Assembly: GCA_015522695.1 (NCBI GenBank)
Contig: WALT01000007.1
Span: 12,816-32,815 of the forward strand
DNA: 20,000 nucleotides
Direction of reading: 5' to 3'
Source of the DNA: Nitrososphaerota archaeon
Lineage (GTDB): Archaea; Thermoproteota; Nitrososphaeria; Conexivisphaerales; Conexivisphaeraceae
Translations under genes and position numbers: made by a program
Notes under the pieces: generated by a model
What the model was told of the DNA's origin: nothing
The model's database searches: none
What the model saw: the letters and a program-made list of their open reading frames with translations, nothing else
Shown: positions 8,497 through 17,552 of the stretch, piece by piece
Position numbering within the stretch: position 1 is the first letter of the stretch
Layout of the letters: each line of letters opens with the position of its first letter

Positions 8497-8506
8497 TGTT
8501 TATCTA
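8497..8506 (+). promoter_or_regulatory. TATA-like box (TGTTTATCTA) for 5S rRNA
   Basis: Centred about 23 nt upstream of the 5S 5' end. Confidence 0.5.
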
Positions 8507-8522
8507 TCCACGATGGAAAACA

Positions 8523-8646
8523 TGGCGGTAGCCGGCCATAGCGGCGGGGACCCACCCGGACTCGTCAGATCCCGGAAGTGAAACCCGTCGTCGCCGTCGT
8601 GTTAGTGAGGTGCGTGAGCCCTCGTGAAGCGGCGGTGCCGGCGCCC
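8523..8646 (+). rRNA. rrf: 5S rRNA (ends approximate, plus or minus 5 nt)
   Basis: GCCGGCCATAGCGGCGGGGACCCACCCGGACTCGTCAGATCCCGGAAGTGAAACCCG matches the archaeal 5S pattern (GGCCATAG, CACCCGGACTC, CCGGAAGT). Total length of about 124 nt is as expected. Confidence 0.88.
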
Positions 8647-8665
8647 CTTCATTGGACAAGCAGCT

Positions 8666-9814
8666 GTGTTTATATTGTGGTTCAGATCGAGCATTTTAGG
8701 GTATATGCCCTTAGGCTTAGCGATCTCGACCAGTACATATGCATACCTCGCGTATTACCTAATCCTACCCATCGCATATATAGCCCTCTTGACGGTCTAT
8801 GGTACCAAGATACAGTTCTGGTTCATGATGAGCGACGTCTCAAAGGCTTTGCTGGAGCTCAGGAGGATAAGGGATAAGAGCCTGGATAAACTCAACCATC
8901 ACATAGAAACCACGGTCAATGATCCGGTGAACAGGGCGCGCCTTCTCGGAATGCTCGAGTACTTCGCCGTCTCACCTGTGGACCTGGATCCCGTGGGCAT
9001 AATCAGCAAGCTGAAACATATAGTCGAGGTCCACGATAACAGGATGAAAACGGAGATAGCTGATATCCTGGGTAGAAAGGATCCCATACTTGTCGGTAGG
9101 ACGTTGGGGCACGTCAGCGCAGCCGCTGCCCTCAACTATCTCTATAAGCTCGTCAACCATATAGTCAGCCTCACGAAGAGGTATTCGAGCTTAGCATTAC
9201 TCCAACAATTATACGCCATCATGCCCTTGTTGATAAAGCAGGGTAAAGCTGTGCTCGAATTCATCGACGCGGTGGATAAGGGTGTGCCGATAGGTGATGG
9301 AATAGGGCCGCTGAGCGTGGGATTGCTCATGAGGGGGAAGCCCAAGATAATGATCGCCGAGGATACCATGGCTGCGATCACGACGATCGATGGCAGAAGG
9401 CTTGTGTTGATCAAGGCTGAGGGGCCGGCGAGCAATCTAGGGAAACTGGACGATGCGGTCAGGAAGACCAGATTACTGTTCGGCAAGGTCTCCGCGATAG
9501 TGACGATCGATGCCATGCTCAGACTGGAGAGCGAGAAGAGCGGAGAGACTGCTCGAGGGTTAGGGGTCGCAATAGGTGGGATAGGGGTCGAGAGGTTCAG
9601 GGTGGAGGAGACGGCCACGAAGGAGGGCATACCACTTTACGCCATAACTGTCAAGGAAAGCTACATGGAGGCGATCAGCATCATGGGCAGAAAGATAGCG
9701 GAGGCTGTGGTCGATGTCTATAATATGTTACACAGGATATTGGAGGAGAAGACGGAGGAGGACGCCACCGTGATAGTTGTGGGTGTGGGCAATACGTTAG
9801 GGATAGGACAATGA
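8666..9814 (+). CDS. DUF1512-like conserved archaeal protein with N-terminal transmembrane segment
   Basis: ORF in the track runs 8624-9814, but that start is inside the 5S gene. In-frame GTG 8666 or ATG 8705 are more plausible. C-terminal KPKIMIAEDTMAAITTIDGRRLVLIKAEGPASNLGKLDDAV resembles the DUF1512 family. Confidence 0.72.
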   Translation: MFILWFRSSILGYMPLGLAISTSTYAYLAYYLILPIAYIALLTVYGTKIQFWFMMSDVSKALLELRRIRDKSLDKLNHHIETTVNDPVNRARLLGMLEYFAVSPVDLDPVGIISKLKHIVEVHDNRMKTEIADILGRKDPILVGRTLGHVSAAAALNYLYKLVNHIVSLTKRYSSLALLQQLYAIMPLLIKQGKAVLEFIDAVDKGVPIGDGIGPLSVGLLMRGKPKIMIAEDTMAAITTIDGRRLVLIKAEGPASNLGKLDDAVRKTRLLFGKVSAIVTIDAMLRLESEKSGETARGLGVAIGGIGVERFRVEETATKEGIPLYAITVKESYMEAISIMGRKIAEAVVDVYNMLHRILEEKTEEDATVIVVGVGNTLGIGQ

Positions 9815-9987
9815 GCGAGAGGAAGTTAGAGTTAGAGAGGATAGTGGTCGTCGAAGAATGCCCCAAGTGTGGAGTAATGTTGAAGAGGAAATTCTCGGAG
9901 GGGGACTATGTTGGAATGCCCGGGGGGACGTGTAGATTCTGTGGTTCACGGATGTACGTCAAGATGATATATAAGGAACACGGCTAG
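9811..9987 (+). CDS. Small (58 aa) zinc-ribbon protein of unknown function
   Basis: Absent from the ORF track, apparently because it is short. Translation MSERKLELERIVVVEECPKCGVMLKRKFSEGDYVGMPGGTCRFCGSRMYVKMIYKEHG. Two CxxC knuckles; ATGA overlap with the DUF1512-like gene. Confidence 0.78.
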   Translation: MSERKLELERIVVVEECPKCGVMLKRKFSEGDYVGMPGGTCRFCGSRMYVKMIYKEHG

Positions 9988-10883
9988 GACATCGTCGTCA
10001 CCAACACCTTATCCTTATCCACGAGGACTGTGTGTTCGAACTGGGCGACCTGGGCCCCACTGACCTCCAATAACATCGGGTATTCGCTGACCACACCTCT
10101 GGACTTCAGCGCCCTCAACGTCTCCATACCCCCATCCCCAAACTCCTTGTACACCCATCTGGACGCGAAGGGTAATGATCTGAAGTTATCCCAGATCCAT
10201 TCGGAGACCTTTCTCGATGCGGGATCCTTGAGAAACCGTCTAGATCGAAGCCTGAATATGTTGCTGGGTGGACCATCTACGACACGGCCCGCCGCATGAC
10301 CAGGGACCAGAAACGGCTCCAGCGCATACACGCCGCCAGCCTTGAACGTCCCAGGGGAAGCTGTTGCCACGTTCGGCACGGATAGTCCGGAGTGCAGTAC
10401 ATATTTCCCCAGCTGGTGCCCTGCAAGGTTGCCGACTGGCTTGAACCCATGGGCTTTAGCATAGCCCTCCACGACGTAGCCGAACTCGGAGACGCGGAGA
10501 CCGTGTTTTATCACCGAGATCCCCAACATGAGCACCTCCTGAGCAGCCTCCACCAGCGATTCCAACGCTTGGTTCCATGTGATTGAAATGGCCGCATCGG
10601 CGATGTACCCATCTGTGTGAACTCCGACGTCGATCTTCACTATGCTCCTGCCGTCGATGAAGCCGTTATCGTTTGGAGATGGTGTGTAGTGGGCTGCAAG
10701 TCGCCCTTGTGATATGTTACAAGGAAATGCCGGCAGACCGCCCAGATCCTTGATCTTCTCCTCGATGGTTTCACACAAGTCCAATATCTTCATCCCATCA
10801 TCGACGGTATCCCCAGCGAAGGAGAGCACCCTCGAAAGAATCCTTCCAGCCGTCATGTACTTCTCCTCCTCCAACGGCGACAT
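9984..10883 (-). CDS. map: Type II methionine aminopeptidase
   Basis: MSPLEEEKYMTAGRILSRVL, FPCNISQGRLAAHYTPSPND, IVKIDVGVHTDGYIADAAIS, LAGHQLGKYVLH, YALEPF, VAQFEHTVLV. Start placed at ATG 10883; the longer track ORF runs antisense through coaD. Confidence 0.93.
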   Translation of the reverse strand: MSPLEEEKYMTAGRILSRVLSFAGDTVDDGMKILDLCETIEEKIKDLGGLPAFPCNISQGRLAAHYTPSPNDNGFIDGRSIVKIDVGVHTDGYIADAAISITWNQALESLVEAAQEVLMLGISVIKHGLRVSEFGYVVEGYAKAHGFKPVGNLAGHQLGKYVLHSGLSVPNVATASPGTFKAGGVYALEPFLVPGHAAGRVVDGPPSNIFRLRSRRFLKDPASRKVSEWIWDNFRSLPFASRWVYKEFGDGGMETLRALKSRGVVSEYPMLLEVSGAQVAQFEHTVLVDKDKVLVTTMS

Positions 10884-10884
10884 T

Positions 10885-10903
10885 GTAGTTAGTTTATAAC
10901 TAC
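10885..10903. promoter_or_regulatory. 7-bp inverted repeat GTAGTTA-GTTTA-TAACTAC in the 40-nt divergent map/coaD promoter region
   Basis: Direct reading. Overlaps TATA-like TTTATAAC (10893-10900), about 27 nt upstream of the coaD GTG start. Confidence 0.5.
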
Positions 10904-10923
10904 GCTTCCTCAAAACCTTTAGC

Positions 10924-11400
10924 GTGCAATCGAAGAAATACAGGAGGGTGGCATTGGGAGGTACCTTCGATCCATTCCACAGAGGGCACAAGAGCCTCAT
11001 AGATCTGGCGTTCAGGCTCGGGGATGAGGTATTGATAGGTGTGAGCTCGGACGAGCTGGCCAACAGCTTGGGCAAGGCCCCGGACAACGTCTTCAGGGAG
11101 CGCGTGTACGAACTCCTGGCATATCTCGAGTCTAAATACGGAGATAAGGCGTATTCGATATACAAGCTCAGGGATCCATATGGTCCGTTAGTCAGGGAAT
11201 CGGAGATCGATGTCCTGATAGTAAGCCCGGAGACGAAGGCCAGGGGAGGGAAGGCCAATGAGATCAGGAGGGAGAGGGGACTCAAGGAAGTGGAGCTGGT
11301 GGTCGTCGACTGGGTTCTCGCAGAAGACGGGAAACCTATAAGGTCCACCCGTATCAGGAAAGGGGAGATCGATAGAGAGGGGAGGGTGCTAGGCGGTTAA
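10924..11400 (+). CDS. coaD: Phosphopantetheine adenylyltransferase, archaeal type
   Basis: VALGGTFDPFHRGHKSLIDLAF nucleotidyltransferase HxGH motif; STRIRKGEID C-terminal motif. Confidence 0.92.
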   Translation: MQSKKYRRVALGGTFDPFHRGHKSLIDLAFRLGDEVLIGVSSDELANSLGKAPDNVFRERVYELLAYLESKYGDKAYSIYKLRDPYGPLVRESEIDVLIVSPETKARGGKANEIRRERGLKEVELVVVDWVLAEDGKPIRSTRIRKGEIDREGRVLGG

Positions 11401-11412
11401 CTTAGGGGTGTC

Positions 11413-12939
11413 TTGTTCATGGTTGAGGGGCCTCTTCATCCACTGGAGAAGAAGGTGCTGAGGGCACTAGTCGAAAGACCTGGTGGGCTGACGCTGGAGG
11501 AGCTGGCACGCGAAGCCGGTATAGAAATCGATCAGGCTAGGCGCGTCATAGAGTGGCTGAGGTCACGCGGCCTGTTGGAGGTAGAAGAGAGGACACGGCT
11601 ATCCTATAGGTTGGGGGATAACGGTTTGAGGGCGGTCGAGGAGGGCCTCCCGGAGAGAAGGCTCTTGGAGATATTGCTCCTCGGAGGAGGTAAGATCGAC
11701 ATGGCGGATCTGGTGAGGAAGGGAGGGCTTTCGAAGGACGAATTCGATGCCGGCATCGGAAGGTTAGTCGGAAGTGGAAGCATCGAGATAGAGGGGAGGA
11801 CGGTTAAATTCGTGAAAGATAACATTGATAGTTATAGATATGAAAGGTTGTTGAGGAGGATCGGGGAGCTGGATGAAGTGTTCGAGGAGCAGCTGGATGA
11901 AGAAGAGAGGGCGATCCTCCATGAGCTGAAGCGAAGGTCCGGTTACATCGTGCCGATGAAACACAAGGGCGTTTACGTACGTCCCTCGCTACCCGCGGAT
12001 GAATTGAAGGATCTCGTGGTCGAGGAGGGTATCGAGGAGATAACGGCCCTCACCCCTGAGATATTAGCCGATGGCAGATGGCGTCATGTCAAGCTCACCG
12101 GGATAGATGTGACTACCCCCGTCCCATCCCTATATCCAGGCAGAGAGCACCCGATATCTACATACTCCAGGATGGTCAGGAGGGCCTTCCTATCGATGGG
12201 ATTCGAGGAGGTGTGTGGCGGGGTGCTGCAGACGAGTTTCTGGAACTTCGATGTGCTCTATACGCCACAGGATCATCCGGCGAGGGACCTACAGGATACT
12301 TTCTATATAGAGGGGGTGAGCCTGGACGATGTGCCGAGCGATATCGTGGATAACGTGGGACACACACACGAGAATGGATGGATAACGGGATCGAGGGGAT
12401 GGGGATATGAATGGGACGCTGGAGAAGCGAGGAGGATCCTGTTGAGGACGCATACGACTGTCCTCACGGTCAAGGCCCTTCATGCCCTGAGATCGAGGCC
12501 CCTGGTCAAGGTCTTCAGTATAGGTCGTGTCTTCAGGAACGAAAAGGCCGATGCCAAGCACTTAGTGGAATTCCATCAGATAGAGGGCATCGTGAAATCT
12601 AAAAACGCGAACCTTAGGCAGCTGATGGGATATATCTCCGAGTTCTACAGGAAGTTGGGCTTCACCAAGGTGAAATTTTGGCCCACATATTTCCCCTATA
12701 CAGAACCATCATTACAGATCATGGTACACGTGGATGAGCTGGATAGATGGTTGGAATTAGGAGGGATGGGGATATTTAGGCCCGAAGTGACGATACCATT
12801 GGGCGTGAAAGATCCGGTCCTAGCATGGGGTCTTGGACTGGAGAGGATCGTCATGCTCGCGCTCGGAATACATGATGCAAGACGCCTGTACGATAATAGG
12901 CTCTCGTGGCTCAGGGGTGTATCCATGTGCCAGTCATAG
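11413..12939 (+). CDS. pheS: Phenylalanine-tRNA ligase alpha subunit
   Basis: 508 aa; N-terminal winged-helix repeats and class II aaRS motifs (HPISTYSRMVRRAFLSMGFEEV, FYIEGVSLDDVP, TTHTTVLTVKAL, GLGLERIVMLALGIHDAR). Start may be ATG 11419. Confidence 0.95.
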   Translation: MFMVEGPLHPLEKKVLRALVERPGGLTLEELAREAGIEIDQARRVIEWLRSRGLLEVEERTRLSYRLGDNGLRAVEEGLPERRLLEILLLGGGKIDMADLVRKGGLSKDEFDAGIGRLVGSGSIEIEGRTVKFVKDNIDSYRYERLLRRIGELDEVFEEQLDEEERAILHELKRRSGYIVPMKHKGVYVRPSLPADELKDLVVEEGIEEITALTPEILADGRWRHVKLTGIDVTTPVPSLYPGREHPISTYSRMVRRAFLSMGFEEVCGGVLQTSFWNFDVLYTPQDHPARDLQDTFYIEGVSLDDVPSDIVDNVGHTHENGWITGSRGWGYEWDAGEARRILLRTHTTVLTVKALHALRSRPLVKVFSIGRVFRNEKADAKHLVEFHQIEGIVKSKNANLRQLMGYISEFYRKLGFTKVKFWPTYFPYTEPSLQIMVHVDELDRWLELGGMGIFRPEVTIPLGVKDPVLAWGLGLERIVMLALGIHDARRLYDNRLSWLRGVSMCQS

Positions 12940-14594
12940 AAGTAGACCTGAAGGACTTGGCACAACTAGTCGATTGGGATTCCGACGAGGGGAAACTCCT
13001 GGAGATATTGCCATATCTCGGGCTCGATATAGAATCCGTCGAGGGATCGACAGTAAGGGTGGAATACAGCCCGAACAGGCCTGATTATGCCACCCTTTAC
13101 GGCATAGCGGCATCCCTGGATGGAATCCTCGGAAGGGAAAGGGGGGCGTTGAGACACGAGGTTAAGGGATCCGATGTCGTCTTCCTGGTTGGAGAAGGCG
13201 TCCGAAGGATAAGGCCATACATCGCAGGCATCCTCGCCACCGGTCTCAGGCTGCACGATGTCGAGATCAAGATGTTGATGAGGCTCCAGGAAGATCTACA
13301 TGAAGGAGTTGGGAGGAAGAGGAGGAAGGTCGCTATAGGTCTACACGATGCGGATCATGTAAAACCTCCCATCCGTTACACGACGGTCGATGGGGACTTC
13401 AAGTTCGTACCGCTCGGGGAATCCAGGGAATGGGCCGTTGAGGAGGTCCTGAACAAGCATCCCAATGGCATCAGATATGGGGCAGCGCTGGGCGAGACGA
13501 AGCGATATCCATTGTTGATGGACTCGGAACGCAAAACCCTCTCCCTTCCACCGATAATAAATGGAGGATATACGATGCTAGCCCCAGGTGCTGGGAGAAT
13601 ATTGGTGGATATAACCGGTACGAGCTTGAGACGTGTGTTGGATGCGGCTTCCGTGTTAGCTGTGACGTTGGCCGAGATGGGGGCTGAACTCCATAGCGTC
13701 GCGATCCGTTATGCCGACATCGAGATGCAGACGCCTGATCTGTCGATCACGGAGATGGAACTCGATCCACGTGAGGTGAACAGGCTCCTGGGGCTGGAGT
13801 TGACGCAGGAAGAGATCGTCGAGTCGTTGTTGAAGGCGAGGCTGGACGCCGACGTGATGGGGACGAAGCTCCTCGTGAGGATACCGAGGTATCGCTTCGA
13901 TGTGATGCATGAGGTCGATCTGATAGAGGAGGTGGCATATGGACTTGGATATGAGAGGATGACGCCGAGCTATGACCTGGAATACACCACGGGGGAACTG
14001 CAACGTAGCACGATGTTCAAGGAATCCATCAGGCGGGCCGTCATCGGGCTCGGATTTCAGGAGGTTCTGACGACCGATCTAACGAGCTATGAGCGCTTAT
14101 ATTCCAGTATGGGAAGGGAACCAGAAAATGGGACGTTGAGGGTCGTTGCGACGAAGAGCAGTGAGTACGAGTACCTGAGGGATACATTGGTACCGGGCTT
14201 GCTTTGGGTGTTATCGAGCAACACACATGAGGAATATCCGCACAGGATATTCGAGATCGGTACCGTGGTGATCGACGAGGGAGCCGGGAGGATCGGGGAA
14301 GGGGAAAGGTTGGCGATAGGGATCGCCCATAGCAGATCCAGCTTCACAGAAGTCAAGTCCACCGTGGAGTCGCTGTTCAAGATCCTCTTGGGCCGTGAGC
14401 CCGACTACGTACCCCATACGACACGCCCCTACTCGGAAGGAAGGGCGGCCTCCATTATCTTGGATAGGAGGAACCTGGGAATCCTGGGGGAGATACATCC
14501 AGCCGTGCTGGATGGGCTCAAGATCCAGGTGCCCGTCGCGGCGGCTGAACTGGATTTGGACGCCCTGGAGGAAATGTGCACGACCGTCAAGTAA
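12927..14594 (+). CDS. pheT: Phenylalanine-tRNA ligase beta subunit
   Basis: VPVIEVDLKDLAQLVDWDSDEGKLLEILPYLGLDIE..., PPIINGGYTMLAPGAGRILVDITGT. GTG 12927 fits the family N-terminus better than the track start at 12906. Overlaps pheS. Confidence 0.93.
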   Translation: MPVIEVDLKDLAQLVDWDSDEGKLLEILPYLGLDIESVEGSTVRVEYSPNRPDYATLYGIAASLDGILGRERGALRHEVKGSDVVFLVGEGVRRIRPYIAGILATGLRLHDVEIKMLMRLQEDLHEGVGRKRRKVAIGLHDADHVKPPIRYTTVDGDFKFVPLGESREWAVEEVLNKHPNGIRYGAALGETKRYPLLMDSERKTLSLPPIINGGYTMLAPGAGRILVDITGTSLRRVLDAASVLAVTLAEMGAELHSVAIRYADIEMQTPDLSITEMELDPREVNRLLGLELTQEEIVESLLKARLDADVMGTKLLVRIPRYRFDVMHEVDLIEEVAYGLGYERMTPSYDLEYTTGELQRSTMFKESIRRAVIGLGFQEVLTTDLTSYERLYSSMGREPENGTLRVVATKSSEYEYLRDTLVPGLLWVLSSNTHEEYPHRIFEIGTVVIDEGAGRIGEGERLAIGIAHSRSSFTEVKSTVESLFKILLGREPDYVPHTTRPYSEGRAASIILDRRNLGILGEIHPAVLDGLKIQVPVAAAELDLDALEEMCTTVK

Positions 14595-14625
14595 TATTTA
14601 TTTCCCTCCGACCGCTGATCGATCT

Positions 14626-14768
14626 TGCCCGGCGCGTAAACGGCTCCCCCCGAAGGCGATGAGGATGGTGAGTTACCCAGGCGCGCTACAGAGATAGGGT
14701 GCCCCGCTTGAAGGGCGGGTGAGCTCAGGCTAGCGATGACCTGGCGCCGTCAGAGGCGGGGCACAAGT
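14626..14768 (+). ncRNA. Probable double-hairpin H/ACA guide sRNA
   Basis: Hairpin 1: lower stem GGCGCG (14631-14636)/CGCGCT (14682-14687) directly followed by ACA (14688-14690). Hairpin 2: lower stem GCCCCGC (14701-14707)/GCGGGGC (14756-14762) directly followed by ACA (14763-14765). Distances from upper stem to ACA are 13-14 nt. Both terminal loops contain GCGATGA. TATA-like TAATATTTAT at 14592-14601. Confidence 0.55.
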
Positions 14769-14798
14769 TAAATACCCGCTCATAGCGCCTGGGGAATA

Positions 14799-15194
14799 TT
14801 GCAGAGACGAAAGCAGGACCTTGTGGAGATCAGGGTGAAGATAGCGGAGCTGGTGAGGGAGCTCAACGTAGAAGCAGCCCAGAACGATGCTGTGGTGATC
14901 GTCGAGGGGAAGAGGGATGTTAAAGCACTTCGGGAAGCTGGTTATAGTGGACCTTTAATAAGTGTGCAATCCAGCGGTATAGGGATCGAGAAGGTGGCGG
15001 AAATGATCGAAGCCCAACACAAAAAGGTGATACTGCTGGTCGACTTCGACCATCATGGCGGGAAACTCGCCGGCAGGTTGAAAAGGATACTCGAGTATGA
15101 TGGTTTAACGGTCGACGACACGTATCGGGAGAACCTCTTCAACATATTTGAAGGAGGAACAAGGGAAGTGGAAGGCTTAAGGAGGTATCTGTGA
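14799..15194 (+). CDS. Small Toprim-domain protein (UPF0292-like)
   Basis: NDAVVIVEGKRDVKALREAGYSG...KVILLVDFDHHGGKLAGRL; Toprim E and DxD motifs. TTG start; located just upstream of dnaG. Confidence 0.8.
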   Translation: MQRRKQDLVEIRVKIAELVRELNVEAAQNDAVVIVEGKRDVKALREAGYSGPLISVQSSGIGIEKVAEMIEAQHKKVILLVDFDHHGGKLAGRLKRILEYDGLTVDDTYRENLFNIFEGGTREVEGLRRYL

Positions 15195-15216
15195 ATAGTA
15201 TCTGGAGGGATGATGA

Positions 15217-16371
15217 ATGCCGGACGTTAGTGGATATAAGTATTTAATAAAGTTAAAATTTAATGTGGAAGGGATCGTGGAGAAGCCGGATGTCATCGGC
15301 GCGATCTTCGGACAAACCGAGGGTCTGTTCGGCCCAGAGCTGGATCTGAACGAGCTCCAGAAGAACTGGCGCATAGGGAGGATAGAGCTGTCGCTCAAAC
15401 ATGCAAACTCGAAGACGGCCGGGAGGATATTCATACCGTCCAACACGGATATAGCCGCAGCGACGCTCATAGCGGCGGCGATAGAAAGTATAGACAAGGT
15501 GGGCCCTTACACGGCTAGGTTCAAGCTGGATGGGATAGAAGACGTCAGGGCGACGAGGAGGAAGCAGATAGTCGAGAGGGCCAAGGAGATACTTCGAGAA
15601 TGGTCGACGCGGACGGTAAGCGAGGGGGAGGATGCCCTGAAGGAGCTATATGAAGCCCTGAAGCCATCGAAGATAATATCATATGGCCCGGAAAACCTGC
15701 CCGCCGGTCCAGGGATCTATTCATCCGACACGATAATCCTCGTTGAAGGAAGAGCTGACGTGTTGAACATGCTCAGGGCCGGCTATGAGGACGTCATAGC
15801 GATCGGGGGGGCGCGTGTACCGGAATCCGTAGTGCAATTGGTGAAGAACAAGAGGAAGATCGCGGCGTTCCTGGATGGAGATAGAGGAGGAGAATTGATA
15901 TTGAAGGAGCTGCAAAATAAGATAAAGCTAACACACGTCTTCAGGGCACCGCACGGGAAGGAAGTAGAGGAATTGACCCCGGAGGATATACAGAAGATAC
16001 TCGAAGGGTTGGAGAAGCCTCGTGAAGAACTGCCGGTGGAAGTGGCGGGAAGGATGCGGGAACTCGTCTCGGAGCTCGACGGGACGCTCGAGGTCGCATT
16101 GCTCGACAGCTCTCTGAACGTGGTCACAAGGCTACCGGTGAGTAAGCTTTACCAAGCTATCCTGGAAAGCAACGATATAAGGGCCATCGTCTACGATGGG
16201 ATAATAACCCAGAGGATAGTCGACGCGGCGAGATCCAAGGGAATAGGGGTGATCGTGGGGATCAGACACGCGAACGATGTCAAAGTACCGGAGGGGATCA
16301 AGACGTTCACGTTCGATGAGATCCGGGGGATGACCGTCGGGCAGACGTTGTCGAAAACGGAAAACCAATGA
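15217..16371 (+). CDS. dnaG: Archaeal DnaG-type primase
   Basis: 384 aa; KYLIKLKFNVEGIVEKPDVIGAIFGQTEGLFGPELDLNELQK and Toprim IILVEGRADVLNMLRAGYEDVIAIGGARVP...AAFLDGDRGGELI. Confidence 0.95.
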   Translation: MPDVSGYKYLIKLKFNVEGIVEKPDVIGAIFGQTEGLFGPELDLNELQKNWRIGRIELSLKHANSKTAGRIFIPSNTDIAAATLIAAAIESIDKVGPYTARFKLDGIEDVRATRRKQIVERAKEILREWSTRTVSEGEDALKELYEALKPSKIISYGPENLPAGPGIYSSDTIILVEGRADVLNMLRAGYEDVIAIGGARVPESVVQLVKNKRKIAAFLDGDRGGELILKELQNKIKLTHVFRAPHGKEVEELTPEDIQKILEGLEKPREELPVEVAGRMRELVSELDGTLEVALLDSSLNVVTRLPVSKLYQAILESNDIRAIVYDGIITQRIVDAARSKGIGVIVGIRHANDVKVPEGIKTFTFDEIRGMTVGQTLSKTENQ

Positions 16372-17552
16372 CGGGTTATCAGGAGAATTTATTCCTCGCG
16401 GTCGTACTCTTATGGATCCTCGCCTACATAATAGCACGTAGCCATGAGAAGAGGCTCAAGCTGAAGGGGATAACGATAAAGCCCCTCCTGTTCATCTTCA
16501 GGATCCATAATATCGAGGGATTCTTCGATAGGATCGTGGCACGATTCCCCAGGATGAGGCCACTGTTCGACTACAGCCCGATAGTGGTCTTCCCGTTGAT
16601 GTTGGCGGGGATCCTCTTCTTAGCTAACAACCTCAGGATGTTCTTCACGGCCAGCAAATCCTTCGCCGCCGTGACGCCGGTGATACCGTTCGTGACTATA
16701 CGAAGCCCGATGTTACTCCTCTTCTTCTTCCTGTCGATCCCGGTGATAGTGATACCGCACGAGTTCTTCCATGCGATCGCCGCCAGGATGAACGGCATAA
16801 AGTTGAAAAGTGGAGGGATAGCCGTCATAGCACTCCTCTTCGCCGGCTTCGTGGAGCCCGATGAAGGGTCGTTTCGAGGGGCTCAGTGGAAGGCTAGGCT
16901 CAAGATGGTCAGCGCCGGCTCCCTCGCCAATACCATAATAGGGATCTTGGTGATAATCTTCCTTCTGACCCAACCATATACCCATGTATACCTCCCGAGC
17001 GAAGTCGCAAACCTGGCATATGCTCAGCCTTCTGGAATATTCGTGATGGGTGTGGTAAGAGGCCTACCTGTCGAAAAGGCTGGGCTGAAACCCGGCGATA
17101 TAATAGTCGGCGTCAACGGCACATCGATAACGAGCACGGATGATTATAGCAAGCTCAAGCTTAAGCCGGGGTCATTTCTGATATTGAGTGTACTGAGGGA
17201 TCATAGAGATATCACGATATCCTCGAAGACCGTGGAGGAGGGTGGAAGGACGATATTGGGATATTATGGTTTAACGTACAGAAAACCGTATTTTCCACTG
17301 CCAGCATTGGATAGAATCACTTATTCCTTCCTGTTGTGGCTGTCCATGTTCTCACTCATGGTGGCCGTCTTCAACATGTTACCTTTATATCCATTCGATG
17401 GAGGCCTATACCTCGATAGCCTCATCGAGGCCTTCACGAGCAACGATACGGTCAGGCGTAGCGTGATCGGTGCTGCCTATGCCCTCTCCGCGATATTGTT
17501 GTTCGGGAATATAGTTGCGTCGATCCTCAAGTTCGGCTTCATCAGCCTATGA
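16368..17552 (+). CDS. M50 family (site-2 protease-like) membrane metalloprotease with PDZ domain
   Basis: Multiple transmembrane segments, zinc-binding HEFFHA, PDZ-like GVVRGLPVEKAGLKPGDIIVGVNG, and NMLPLYPFDGG. Confidence 0.9.
   Translation: MTGYQENLFLAVVLLWILAYIIARSHEKRLKLKGITIKPLLFIFRIHNIEGFFDRIVARFPRMRPLFDYSPIVVFPLMLAGILFLANNLRMFFTASKSFAAVTPVIPFVTIRSPMLLLFFFLSIPVIVIPHEFFHAIAARMNGIKLKSGGIAVIALLFAGFVEPDEGSFRGAQWKARLKMVSAGSLANTIIGILVIIFLLTQPYTHVYLPSEVANLAYAQPSGIFVMGVVRGLPVEKAGLKPGDIIVGVNGTSITSTDDYSKLKLKPGSFLILSVLRDHRDITISSKTVEEGGRTILGYYGLTYRKPYFPLPALDRITYSFLLWLSMFSLMVAVFNMLPLYPFDGGLYLDSLIEAFTSNDTVRRSVIGAAYALSAILLFGNIVASILKFGFISL

Noticed and set aside
7978-8555. ORFs 7978-8265, 7992-8555 and the N-terminal extension of the aIF5A ORF
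   Set aside because: They overlap tRNA-His or run antisense to aIF5A; the aIF5A start is supported at 8092/8095.
10884-11348. N-terminal extension of the minus-strand ORF 9984-11348
   Set aside because: Antisense to coaD; the methionine aminopeptidase family start is at MSPLEEEKY (10883).
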